Source: Candidatus Margulisiibacteriota bacterium (GTDB taxonomy: Bacteria > Margulisbacteria > Marinamargulisbacteria > SXXA01 > SICP01). From it: a stretch of DNA of 64,000 nt. The stretch's first letter is position 1. Each line of letters opens with the position of its first letter. Below are positions 30,703 through 40,383 of this stretch, in pieces. The notes under the pieces were generated by a model. It was given only the letters and a program-made list of their open reading frames with translations. It did not search any database and was not told the DNA's origin. The position numbers and the translations under genes are program-made. Where the stretch lies: assembly GCA_009691415.1 (NCBI GenBank), contig SICP01000003.1, forward strand, positions 12,442 through 76,441, read 5' to 3'.

Positions 30703-31745
30703 GGCAGGATAATCATGGCGTCGCCAAAGCTATAAAATCGATACTGATGCTTAATGGCTATTTGGTAGACTTCTTGAATTCGGCTGATGCCAATGAGGGC
30801 GCTCACGAGGCATAGCAAACTTGATTGAGGAAGATGAAAGTTTGTGATGAGTCCCTGAATGGCTTTGAATGTATATCCGGGGTAAATAAAGATTTTGGTT
30901 TTGCCAGGCCCTTTTTTAAAGCTGTGATTCTGAAGTGCAGATTCTAACGTTCTTGCTGACGTGGTTCCGACTGCGATAAAGCGCTGTTTATTTTGGTGGG
31001 CGTGTGTGAGGCGCTCTGCTGTTTTCGGCGAGATGTAGTAACTTTCTTCGTGCATGACGTGGTCTTGAATGTATTCCGTTTGAATAGGTTTGAATGTGCC
31101 GTAGCCTACATGAAGCGTCACGGTTTCTATTTGTATCCCGGCTTTTTTTAATTGGGAGAGGAGTTTTTTTGTGAAGTGAAGCCCTGCGGTTGGAGCCGCT
31201 ACAGATCCTGGTTTTTTAGCGACGATGGTTTGATAGCGTTCTTCTTGGGCGGATTTGGTGAGGTCTGTGTGAATATAGGGAGGGAGTGGGATTTCTCCGT
31301 GTTCTTGCAGTGCGTTAAGCCAGGCTTGAGGAGTATGGAGCTGTACGTGACAGATGCCGGTTTCGGGATTTTTTTTGATGAGAGTGCAGCTGAAGTCTGA
31401 GGCGATGGTTAGGCTCTCTCCGACATGTAATTTTTTGCTATTTTTGATGAGGGCTGTCCAGACGTTTTTTTTCTGTTTTTCTAGAAGCAAGAGTTCAATT
31501 TTTGCGCCGGAATGTCGTTTGGCGTAGAGTCTAGCGTGTATTACTTGGGTGTTGTTTAAAATCAGGACATCGCCAGGCCGTAGATACGTTTGTAAATTGC
31601 TGAATATGTCGTGTTGAATTGCTGGATTTTGTTGAGAGAGGCACATGAGTTTGCTATCGCTTCTGGAGGTGGCTGGAGAGTGGGCGATGAGGGAGTCTGG
31701 CAAGGTGTAGTTAAATTGTGACGTTTCTATTTTGTCTTTTAACAT
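30699..31745 (-). CDS. queA: S-adenosylmethionine:tRNA ribosyltransferase-isomerase
   Basis: 348 aa. Full-length QueA-like sequence (FNYTLPDSLIA, LPPYI, AAPTAGLHFT, VGTTS.RTLES, FYSFGDAM). Confidence 0.95.
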   Translation of the reverse strand: MLKDKIETSQFNYTLPDSLIAHSPATSRSDSKLMCLSQQNPAIQHDIFSNLQTYLRPGDVLILNNTQVIHARLYAKRHSGAKIELLLLEKQKKNVWTALIKNSKKLHVGESLTIASDFSCTLIKKNPETGICHVQLHTPQAWLNALQEHGEIPLPPYIHTDLTKSAQEERYQTIVAKKPGSVAAPTAGLHFTKKLLSQLKKAGIQIETVTLHVGYGTFKPIQTEYIQDHVMHEESYYISPKTAERLTHAHQNKQRFIAVGTTSARTLESALQNHSFKKGPGKTKIFIYPGYTFKAIQGLITNFHLPQSSLLCLVSALIGISRIQEVYQIAIKHQYRFYSFGDAMIILP

Positions 31746-31771
31746 TTTACTAAGTGTATCACTGGTTTGGT

Positions 31772-31800
31772 TTGCGATTGACCTTAAAATCGTTTATAGT
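31772..31800 (+). promoter_or_regulatory. candidate sigma70-type promoter for clpC (TTGCGA-17 nt-TATAGT)
   Basis: -35-like TTGCGA at 31772-31777, a 17-nt spacer, and -10 TATAGT at 31795-31800. Only 9 nt separate it from the clpC ATG, with no Shine-Dalgarno sequence between. Confidence 0.3.
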
Positions 31801-31809
31801 TAACAACCT

Positions 31810-34287
31810 ATGTTTTCACGATTTACCGAAAAAGCGATACAGGCCATTATGCTTGCACAGGAAGAGGCAAAAAAGTTCCATCATAGCTATGTTGGAACAG
31901 AGCATATTATTTTCGGCATTTTAGGCGAAGGCGATAATGTTGTGATTAAAGCGCTTGGCGAAATGGGCTTTAAGCCAGATCAGATTCGTGAAGCGGTTGA
32001 GGAACGTTTAGAGTACGGTAGCGTTTCTACAGATTACGGCAATATTCCTTTTACACAGCAGGCCAAACAAGTTTTGACCAATGCATGGGATGAGGCTAGA
32101 AAATTAGGTCACAATTATGTCAATGTTGAGCACTTGTTTCTCTCTATTTTTAGAGATCCTACGAGTATTGCAACGCGGGTGCTTACAGAACTTGGTATTA
32201 CGCTAAACGCTTTTAAAGATGCGTTATTTAAAATTTTGGGAAGTAAAGTTCAGCTGACGCAAGAGCCTCAGTCTGATGTCCCGACCCCTACGTTGGATTT
32301 GTTTGGCCGAGATCTTACTCAATTGGCGCGTGAGGACAAATTGGATCCGGTGGTGGGTCGTGTAAAAGAGATTGATCGCATTGTTCAAATCTTAAGTCGA
32401 CGCACTAAAAATAACCCTGTTTTAACAGGGGAGCCAGGGGTTGGAAAAACAGCGATTGTTGAAGGCCTTGCACAGAAGATTTGTAAGTCCACTGTGCCGG
32501 AGAAGTTGCTTGGTAAGCGTGTGATTACACTAGATTTAGGGTTGTTGGTGGCGGGCACAAAATACCGTGGTGAATTTGAAGACCGTGTTAAAAAAGTCAT
32601 GGATGAAGTGCGTAAGGCTAAGAATGTCATTCTGTTTATTGACGAGCTGCATACGATTATTGGAACCGGTGGTTCCGAAGGGAGTTTGGATGCGGCGAAT
32701 TTGTTTAAACCTGCGTTGGCTCGTGGCGAATTACAATGTATTGGTGCGACGACCTTGGATGAATATCGTAAGTATATCGAGGGCGATGGGGCTTTAGAGC
32801 GTCGTTTCCAATCGGTTGTGGTTGAAGAGCCTTCTCGTGAAGAGGCTTTGGAAATTTTACGTGGGATTAAAGCGCGCTACGAAGAATTCCATCGCGTACG
32901 GATAACCGATGGTGCGTTGAAAGAGGCTGTTGAGCTGTCAGATCGTTACATTACGGAACGGTTTTTACCTGATAAAGCGGTTGATTTGATAGATGAGGCG
33001 TCTGCTATGGTGATGTTGAAGTCGTCTTCAGCGTCTGATGCAGCGAAGAAGCTGCGGACAGAAAAAGAAATTTTAGAAAAAGAAAGACAAAACGCCCTCC
33101 AGCATAAAGATCAAGATATGCTAGGTCTTTTGGATAAGCGTGCTGAAATTTTGAAAGAAAAAATTAGACAACTCCCTAAAGAAGAAGTCGATTACTTTGA
33201 TCAGGTTGTTTCTGAACTCACAATTGCTTCTGTTGTGGCAAGTACAACAGGTATTCCTGTGATGAAATTGTCTTTGGAAGAATCTCAGAGATTGTTAAAA
33301 ATGGAAGAAGAATTACACGAACGTATTAAAGGTCAAACCGAGGCGATTAAAGCGTTGGTTCGTGCCGTTAAGCGGTCACGCGTTGGGCTAAAAGATCCAA
33401 AGCGTCCGTCTGGGTCTTTTTTGTTTTTGGGGCCGACCGGCGTTGGAAAGTCGGAGTTAGCTAAGACATTGGCCGAATATTTATTTGGTACCAAAGAAGC
33501 CATGATTCGGATTGATATGTCGGAATATATGGAGAAGCATACTGTTTCTCGTTTGATCGGATCCCCTCCTGGATATGTTGGGTTTAATGAAGGCGGGCAG
33601 TTGACGGAGCCTGTTCGTCGCAAGCCTTATTCTATTGTGTTGTTTGATGAAGTAGAAAAAGCGTCGCCGGATGTCTTGAATATTTTACTTCAAATTTTAG
33701 ACGATGGACGTTTGACGGATGCCAATGGGCGTACGGTTAATTTCAAAAATACGATTGTTATTATGACTTCTAATGTGGGAAGCAAATTTATTGAAAGCGA
33801 AACGTCTTTTGGATTTATTGCGCCTAACAATGAAGAAAATAAGCAGTACGAGTCGCTTAAAATTAAACTGATGGCTGAATTAAAACGTGAGTTTAAGCCT
33901 GAATTTTTGAATCGTATTGATGATATTGTTATTTTTAAATCTCTGACAAAACCTATTATTCGCGAAATTGTGGATATTATGTTGGACGATATGCAAAAGC
34001 GTCTTTCTGATCGTAATATTCGCATTAAAGTAGACAATGCGGTTAAAGATTATTTGGTAGAGCATGGATTTGATCAGAAGCAAGGTGCACGTCCTTTGCG
34101 CAGGTCTATTCAAGAGCATTTCGAAGATCAACTTGCGGATCGTTTATTAAAAGCCAATTTGCGTGCAGATGTTTCTGTTAAAGCAGTTATGAAAAAAGAC
34201 CATGTTTCTTTTTCAATTCGAAGATTGGTGGTGCCTGTTGAGGAAATTCCTGCTGCAGTGTCGTCCAAACTTGTGACGAGTGCTTAA
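31810..34287 (+). CDS. clpC: ATP-dependent Clp protease ATP-binding subunit ClpC
   Basis: 825 aa. N-terminal Clp repeat pair ([20 protein letters not shown]), two AAA+ modules ([17 protein letters not shown]), a middle coiled region and an ARPLRR sensor motif. Confidence 0.95.
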   Translation: MFSRFTEKAIQAIMLAQEEAKKFHHSYVGTEHIIFGILGEGDNVVIKALGEMGFKPDQIREAVEERLEYGSVSTDYGNIPFTQQAKQVLTNAWDEARKLGHNYVNVEHLFLSIFRDPTSIATRVLTELGITLNAFKDALFKILGSKVQLTQEPQSDVPTPTLDLFGRDLTQLAREDKLDPVVGRVKEIDRIVQILSRRTKNNPVLTGEPGVGKTAIVEGLAQKICKSTVPEKLLGKRVITLDLGLLVAGTKYRGEFEDRVKKVMDEVRKAKNVILFIDELHTIIGTGGSEGSLDAANLFKPALARGELQCIGATTLDEYRKYIEGDGALERRFQSVVVEEPSREEALEILRGIKARYEEFHRVRITDGALKEAVELSDRYITERFLPDKAVDLIDEASAMVMLKSSSASDAAKKLRTEKEILEKERQNALQHKDQDMLGLLDKRAEILKEKIRQLPKEEVDYFDQVVSELTIASVVASTTGIPVMKLSLEESQRLLKMEEELHERIKGQTEAIKALVRAVKRSRVGLKDPKRPSGSFLFLGPTGVGKSELAKTLAEYLFGTKEAMIRIDMSEYMEKHTVSRLIGSPPGYVGFNEGGQLTEPVRRKPYSIVLFDEVEKASPDVLNILLQILDDGRLTDANGRTVNFKNTIVIMTSNVGSKFIESETSFGFIAPNNEENKQYESLKIKLMAELKREFKPEFLNRIDDIVIFKSLTKPIIREIVDIMLDDMQKRLSDRNIRIKVDNAVKDYLVEHGFDQKQGARPLRRSIQEHFEDQLADRLLKANLRADVSVKAVMKKDHVSFSIRRLVVPVEEIPAAVSSKLVTSA

Positions 34288-35653
34288 ACTTTTAACTCAA
34301 TACGCTTGTCAATCTTGCGGTGCTATATTTCCGAGGTGGCAAGGCCAATGTGCAACGTGTGAAGAGTGGAATACTCTTGAAGAAGAGCAAGTAGCCAAGT
34401 CTCCTAAATCATTACCCCTTATGCTGGCTAAAAAAGAGCGGGTTCCGATCGCGCTTAAAGATGTGATCGTGGGGGATGAGCTGGCTTTTCCTACGGGCAT
34501 TTCAGAGTTGGATCATGTGTTGGGTGGCGGATTGATAAAAGGTTCTGCGACTCTTTTGGGGGGTGAGCCTGGTATCGGAAAATCGACACTTTCGTTACAG
34601 GTTGCGCAGCATTTAGCGATTTCTGGCCTGCGTGTTTTGTATGTTTCTGGCGAAGAATCGGTGGGGCAGTTGCATATGCGTGCTGCGCGAGTGGGCCAAG
34701 TGCACCCCAATTTAATGGTATATGCAGAGCTGGATATTTTGAAGATTATTCAGGCGCTTCGAACAACTAAGCCAGATGTCGTGATTTTGGATTCTATACA
34801 GGTGGTGTTTCATCCAGGGATTGCCTCTGTTTCGGGGACTGTAAATCAAGTGCGTCAGTGTGCGCAAGAGCTCATTACGTATGTAAAAGAGCAGGATATG
34901 GCCGTTGTTTTAATTGGGCATATTACCAAAGATGGACAGCTGGCGGGGCCGAAAGTTTTGGAGCATATTGTTGATGTAATTTTATATTTAGAGGGAGAGC
35001 GGGATCAGCATTATCGGTTATTACGGTGTTTTAAAAATCGCTTTTCAACAACGTCTGAAATTGGAATTTTTGAAATGAAGCCTACGGGGTTGGAAGGGAT
35101 TGCGAATCCGTCTGGCTTGTTTATGGATGAGCGGACCTTGAATAGCCCGGGGGCGTTGGTGTCGGCTTTATCAGAAGGTAGTCGCGTGCTTTTGGTGGAG
35201 ATTCAGGCGCTGGTGGTGGACTCGGGATATGGCATGGCCAAGCGCACTTTTTTGGGCGTGGATATAAATCGCGCCAACTTGATGATTGCGGCTCTAGAAA
35301 AACTTTTGGGCTTTCGTTTGTCCACAAAAGATATTATCCTAAATGTAGTGGGTGGTATTAAGATCATAGAGCCCGCTTTGGATTTGGCGATGATGTTGGC
35401 CATTGTGTCGTCTTTAAAAGATCAGTCTGTGGGGCAAAAAGTGGGGTTTTTCGGAGAGGTAGGTTTAACGGGGGAAATACGTCCTGTTTCTAATGCGGAG
35501 AAGCGTGTTTTGGAGTTGGAAAAAATGGGGTTTGACTATGTAATGCTTCCAGAAAAAAATCATTCCGCTTGCCAAGGTAAGCAGATAAAGCCGATTTATG
35601 TGTCGCATGTTCGAGAGGCGGTCACTTATTTTTTGCGCGGGTTTGAGGGGTAG
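34280..35653 (+). CDS. radA: DNA repair protein RadA (Sms)
   Basis: 457 aa. Zn ribbon CQSCG..CATC, Walker A GEPGIGKST, KNRFS motif and a Lon-protease-like C-terminal domain. Overlaps clpC by 8 nt. Confidence 0.95.
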   Translation: MLKLLTQYACQSCGAIFPRWQGQCATCEEWNTLEEEQVAKSPKSLPLMLAKKERVPIALKDVIVGDELAFPTGISELDHVLGGGLIKGSATLLGGEPGIGKSTLSLQVAQHLAISGLRVLYVSGEESVGQLHMRAARVGQVHPNLMVYAELDILKIIQALRTTKPDVVILDSIQVVFHPGIASVSGTVNQVRQCAQELITYVKEQDMAVVLIGHITKDGQLAGPKVLEHIVDVILYLEGERDQHYRLLRCFKNRFSTTSEIGIFEMKPTGLEGIANPSGLFMDERTLNSPGALVSALSEGSRVLLVEIQALVVDSGYGMAKRTFLGVDINRANLMIAALEKLLGFRLSTKDIILNVVGGIKIIEPALDLAMMLAIVSSLKDQSVGQKVGFFGEVGLTGEIRPVSNAEKRVLELEKMGFDYVMLPEKNHSACQGKQIKPIYVSHVREAVTYFLRGFEG

Positions 35654-35664
35654 GGGGGAATCAC

Positions 35665-36606
35665 ATGGATGCTGTACTAAAAGAGATTGTTCAAAAATTA
35701 AAAAAAGAAGAAACCCGTTGGGATGCTATTTTGCAGCTCAAAGTCTTGAAAGACGCGCGTTGGGTTGTTCAACTTATACCTATTTTGGCAGACGAAGATT
35801 GGGTTATTAGGTGGTGCATCGCAGAAAAACTAGGTGATTTTCATGATCCAAGAGCTATTAAGGCGTTGGTCGGATGTTTATCGGATTCTGATTTTCACGT
35901 TCGAAAAAACGCGTCAAAAGCATTATTGCGTATTGGTGTGGAAGTGATTCCGTCTCTTGTCTCACAATTTTCAAATTTTGACGTGCGCACCCGTCTTTTG
36001 GTTTTGTCTATTTTCCTCTCAATGGGAACGGCTGCCATTCCCAAGCTTTCAAAGTCACTTGCAGGGCAAGATTGGATCACGAGCAATCGCATTGTAGACA
36101 CGATTGGCCGATTGGGGGGAGAGCAAGCTGAGGTAGCCTTGATCCAGGCGTTGTCCAACGAAAAAGCACAAAAGCATGCCGTTATTTTGTTGGGTATTAT
36201 GCGTAGTAAGCGTGCCGTTCCCAATCTATTGAAAGCTTTTGATTATCCAAAGCTCAGACGGATTGTGGTGTATTCTCTCTATCGAATTGGTGAGAAGGAT
36301 GCGTATCCTGCGATTGTGACGTCGTTGCAGTCGTCGTCTGCCGGGGTTGCGTCGTTGTCAGAGAAAATTGTATTAAAGATTGGCACGCCGATGTTGCCTT
36401 TTTTGGTGAGTGCGCTAAAGTTGCCTAGGGCTAAGAAGCGCTTAATATTAACGGTGATAGGAAAGATTGGTGTGGGTCCAGCGTTACCGCATATTGAAAA
36501 ATTAATGGTCCATGATGCAGAATTGAGGCAGCTCGTGGAGCAGTTGAATTTGAGAGGGGCCGCTAAGAAGAATTCGGGTGGGCTTTTGGGATTTCTTAAA
36601 GGTTAG
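35665..36606 (+). CDS. HEAT-repeat (PBS-lyase HEAT-like) protein
   Basis: 313 aa with repeated ..D..VR..AA.ALG.IGD..A...L type units (DWVIRWCIAEKLGDFHDPRAIKALVGCLSDSDFHVRKNASKALLRIG). Confidence 0.75.
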   Translation: MDAVLKEIVQKLKKEETRWDAILQLKVLKDARWVVQLIPILADEDWVIRWCIAEKLGDFHDPRAIKALVGCLSDSDFHVRKNASKALLRIGVEVIPSLVSQFSNFDVRTRLLVLSIFLSMGTAAIPKLSKSLAGQDWITSNRIVDTIGRLGGEQAEVALIQALSNEKAQKHAVILLGIMRSKRAVPNLLKAFDYPKLRRIVVYSLYRIGEKDAYPAIVTSLQSSSAGVASLSEKIVLKIGTPMLPFLVSALKLPRAKKRLILTVIGKIGVGPALPHIEKLMVHDAELRQLVEQLNLRGAAKKNSGGLLGFLKG

Positions 36607-36775
36607 GTAGAGATTTGTCGTTGTCTTGGAATAAGCCTCTGTTTATTTGTGGGATGATTAGTTGAGTCCAAATCGGTATAGTTGTCTTGACCCAGCCGTG
36701 GTGCAGGTGGTCACGGGGTCGCTTTAGGCGTGTCTTGAGGATGCTTATTTAGAGTTGTTCGAGTTGAAAAATTAA

Positions 36776-37165
36776 TTGGATTTTATGTTCAGATTAACCC
36801 AAAATGAGATTGGGAATATTTCAAGGCCACAAAATGGTACCCTGAGCCAGGGGCTAGTCTTGGGGGTTTATCATCAACATACTCAGTTATTAAATAAATT
36901 TAGTATTGCGGAAATTATTCGATCTAAACCTGTTATGGTGGCAATTAAGCGTGAATTGAAGCGGCTTTTCCCGGAGCTAAAAGCAGATGAGTCACAAATT
37001 ATGGCTCTTATTACTAATGATGTTCTTAAGCGAGAAGTGCTTGAAGGCGAAAAATTGAAGGAAGTTCAACAACGAATACGGCGCTCTTCTCAAAAATTGG
37101 AGAAGAAGAACAAGAAGCAAAGCGTGGTTACTGAAGAGGTTTTGGAAGTAAGCATAAGAGCATAA
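36776..37165 (+). CDS. hypothetical protein (no recognisable domain)
   Basis: An ORF of 129 codons with a basic, coiled C-terminus. The start is uncertain (TTG at 36776 or ATG at 36785). No family recognised, and coding status is not certain. Confidence 0.35.
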   Translation: MDFMFRLTQNEIGNISRPQNGTLSQGLVLGVYHQHTQLLNKFSIAEIIRSKPVMVAIKRELKRLFPELKADESQIMALITNDVLKREVLEGEKLKEVQQRIRRSSQKLEKKNKKQSVVTEEVLEVSIRA

Positions 37166-37235
37166 GTCTCTGAGCAATAAATGTGAGATAAGAAATTATA
37201 CGGCGAAGCTCAGCTCCTTATGCTCCTGCCCTAGT

Positions 37236-38276
37236 CTAAATTCCATGTGTGTTTTCTTGATTATCTTCACGACTATTTTGCAGATAAAACTCATGTAATT
37301 TTGCTTGAAGAAGTGTTTTGTCTGGGAGCTGAGTTTGATATTCGGCAATAAGTGCGGGCGAAAGGCTGCGACTTAGGGAATATTCAACTACTTCAGCATC
37401 TTTACTAGCGCATAATAAAACGCCAATGGCGGGATGTTCGTGTAGTTTTTTCACATCTCTATCAAGGGCTTCTAGGTAAAAGCCAAGTTTGCCTAAATAT
37501 TCTGGTTCAAAGCGGCCTACTTTTAATTCGATGGCTACAAGACAATTCAACCCTCTATGGAAAAATAATAAATCTAGTGCGAAATCCCGTCCACCAACTT
37601 GTAACGGATACTCACTTCCTACAAAGCAAAAATCTCGTCCTAGCTCAATTAAAAAGTCTTTGAGTCTTAGTAGTAATCCTTGGTGTAGGTTCATTTCGGT
37701 GTGACCTTGTGGCAGATCAAGAAATTCGACCATGTAGCTGTCTTTGAAAATACTTAGGGCGTCGGGATGTATTTATGACGCCACCGGTGTCACTTTTGCC
37801 GGACTCAGTATAGTGCGCTCGAAAAGTGCTGTTTTGAACTGACGTTCTAGTTCCCGCTTACCCCATTTCTCGCGGAGGGACGAACGTAGATAGAATTCTC
37901 GTTCTTCTTCGTTTTTACTTTGGTTGAGAATGATTAAATTATGAGTCCAGGGTAATTGTCTCACCAGTGGTGCGATTTTTTTGTTATTTCTATAGGCTTC
38001 GTAAAACTGTCGCATACGAAACAGATTTGAGCGGGTAAATCCGCGTAATCCTGGCTGAGTTTGAGCCAAATGTTGAGCCAGTTGATCAACAACTCTGTCT
38101 CCCCATTGTGCTTGCTCGATCTTGCCGCTGATAATTTGACCTATCTGCCAATAGAGTTCTATTAGAACCGTGTTTACAGACTGCGAGGCTCTTTGTTTTG
38201 CATTCGCAATTAACTGAGAAATTTCGATAAAGTCGGGTTGTGGAGTAGGGGATGATGTCATTTTGAGTTTATCCAT
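37236..38276 (-). pseudogene. DUF1016 / YhcG-type PD-(D/E)XK nuclease gene interrupted by one in-frame TAA
   Basis: ORFs 37773..38276 (DUF1016 N-terminal part) and 37236..37733 (PDDEXK part: FCFVGSEYPLQVGGRDFALDLLFFHRGLNCLVAIELKVGRFEPEY) are in the same frame. Reading through the TAA at 37773-37775 gives ..KVTPVAS*IHPDALSIFKDSYMVEFLDLPQ.., which restores the conserved FKD.Y..EFL linker. Confidence 0.75.
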
Positions 38277-38364
38277 GATTTTCCTGTTAATTTGGATGTT
38301 TTTTATCTTATTTTTAGGTTTTTTAGGTTACCATTTATTTTAACTTTTTGATTGAGCTGGTTCT

Positions 38365-40383
38365 TTAGAGCTGTTTGAAGGTTCCCAAAAACCCCAAAAA
38401 CGACGATCCCGCCTTCTTTCCCGTTTCCCTTCCCACCAAAAACAAATGATCCTTGGCCCTCGTACAAGCGACATAAAAAATCCGTTTTTCTTCTTCAATA
38501 CAGGCTTCTTCGTCAACGGGCGTTAACGTCTTAATTATTCCAGGCGCACTCTTTGAGAGGTTGAAGGTTTTGGCGCAGTCTCCGATGATGACGATGGGGA
38601 ATTCTAGGCCTTTGGCGGCGTGGATGGTGAGGATGGAGATGTGGTTGTCTTGGAAGGGGGTTTCGGTGGTGGTTTCGCTGGCTGCGGTTTGTATGGCGTG
38701 GGCGATGTGGTCTAGGAGGTCTTGGTGGGAGAAGAAGGGGTCTTCGTCTAGTTGGGCCATTTTTTTGAGGAGGGAGGTGAGGTTCTCGATGCGTTTTTGG
38801 CCGTCGGATTGGGCTGCTATGTGTTGCCAGGCTTGGCTGTCTTGGAGGATGTGGTCGACGAGGGTGTGGAGGGGGTAGAGGTGGGTGAGGGAGAGCCAGT
38901 GGGTGATTTTTTGTGCGGCTTGAGTATGCGGGCTGGTTTGTAGGGCTTGGACGAGTGTTGTTTGTAGAGTTTTGGGGTAGATGGGGTAGAGGGTTTCTTC
39001 TGGGAGGTTGAAGAAAATGGGGTCGATGAGGATGCGTTTCCAGGCGAGGTTGTCGGCTGGGTTGAGGAGGCCTTTTAGGAGGTTGTAGATGAGAATAATT
39101 TCTTCTCTTTGGTAGAAGCCTGCGGGGGTGAGGAGGAGGGAGTTTAGGTTGTGGTGGGTTAGGGTGTTTTGGAGCGATTCCATTTGGCTTTTGGAGCGGA
39201 GGAGGATGGCGATGTCTTTGAGGTTTAGTGTCGGATTTTGGTGTTGTTTTTGTTTGATGTAGTCGGCGATGGCGGTGTATTCGTCTTGCCGTGTCGCATT
39301 CTCTAAAGATGTCGTGATGGTGCCGGTGATTTCGGGTCTGAATGGGATGAGGGGGGTGTACGTGAGGTTTTGGCCGAAGAGGGTTTGAAAGAAGGGGTTG
39401 ATGAACTCTAGGACGGTTTTTTGGGTGCGGAAGTTGTCAGCTAGGTAGATGATTTTGCCGTTTTTTTCTTGGATGTAGTCCATGCCTTCTTGGAAGATTT
39501 TGGGGTTGGAGCCGCGGAAGGCGTAGATGGATTGTTTGAGGTCACCGACTAGGAAGAGGTTGTTGGGGTTGAGGGATTGGATGAGGAGCCATTGTTCGGG
39601 GTCGGTGTCTTGGAATTCGTCGACCATGAGGTAGTGGCAGTCTTGTTGGACAAGATGTTGGATGGCGGGATTTTGGGTGAGGAGTTGGACGCATTGGGTG
39701 ATGATGTCGTCGTAGTCTAGGACGGCTTGATCTTGTTTGGTGGTTTTGTAGGTGGTTTTGCAGAGAAGAAATAGGGTGTTTAGGCGGAAGGCGTCGGGGT
39801 CTTCAGGTTGGGTTGTGGGTTGGTTTTGAAAGAGGAGATTAAGATGGAATTTGAGTTGGCGTAGTGAGTAGGTGAGTAAGTATGTCTTGATGTCTGGGTG
39901 GTGGGTTTGGATGAGGTGGGTGAGGGTGAGGTCGATGGCTTTTTTTTGCAGAAGATTGCTTTGGGTTTGGTCTAGGATGGTGAAATTGGGGTCGATGCTT
40001 GCTTCTAGAGGGTATTTCCGGAGGAGTTGGGTGGCGAAAGTGTGGATGGTGGAGATTCTAGCGAGGTGGAGTGTCGTGAGGAGGGTGTCTCTGAGTGGTT
40101 TTGGGTAGCGATAGTGGCGGCCGGTTGGTGTGAGGGAGCTTTCTTGGACAGTTTCTTGGATGCGAGTGAGGAGTTCGTTGGCGGCTTTTTTGGTAAAAGT
40201 GAAGGCGACGACGCTATGGATATCTAGTGGGGGATTTTCGCTGAGGATTTTGAGGTAGCGTTCGACGAGGACGGTGGTTTTTCCGGAGCCGGCACCTGCT
40301 TCTACGAAGATGTCCTGGTGTGTGGCCAGGGCACTTTGTTGGGAGGGAGTGAGGGCTTTTTTAGTGGTTGAATCGGTTGTCAT
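38365..40383 (-). CDS. UvrD/PcrA/AddA-like superfamily 1 DNA helicase (no C-terminal nuclease domain)
   Basis: Walker A EAGAGSGKTTVLVER, MVDEFQDT, ADNFR, TIHAAKGLEF and YVACTRAK motifs. Start preferred at the ATG at 40383 (MTTDSTTKK). The protein ends soon after helicase motif VI. Confidence 0.85.
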   Translation of the reverse strand: MTTDSTTKKALTPSQQSALATHQDIFVEAGAGSGKTTVLVERYLKILSENPPLDIHSVVAFTFTKKAANELLTRIQETVQESSLTPTGRHYRYPKPLRDTLLTTLHLARISTIHTFATQLLRKYPLEASIDPNFTILDQTQSNLLQKKAIDLTLTHLIQTHHPDIKTYLLTYSLRQLKFHLNLLFQNQPTTQPEDPDAFRLNTLFLLCKTTYKTTKQDQAVLDYDDIITQCVQLLTQNPAIQHLVQQDCHYLMVDEFQDTDPEQWLLIQSLNPNNLFLVGDLKQSIYAFRGSNPKIFQEGMDYIQEKNGKIIYLADNFRTQKTVLEFINPFFQTLFGQNLTYTPLIPFRPEITGTITTSLENATRQDEYTAIADYIKQKQHQNPTLNLKDIAILLRSKSQMESLQNTLTHHNLNSLLLTPAGFYQREEIILIYNLLKGLLNPADNLAWKRILIDPIFFNLPEETLYPIYPKTLQTTLVQALQTSPHTQAAQKITHWLSLTHLYPLHTLVDHILQDSQAWQHIAAQSDGQKRIENLTSLLKKMAQLDEDPFFSHQDLLDHIAHAIQTAASETTTETPFQDNHISILTIHAAKGLEFPIVIIGDCAKTFNLSKSAPGIIKTLTPVDEEACIEEEKRIFYVACTRAKDHLFLVGRETGKKAGSSFLGFLGTFKQL

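Noticed and set aside
37773-37775. In-frame TAA in the DUF1016 gene as a sign of stop-codon reassignment
   Set aside because: TAA terminates many well-conserved genes in this window at their expected ends, for example mnmG, rsmG, parB and ruvA. A genome-wide recoding is therefore not supported.
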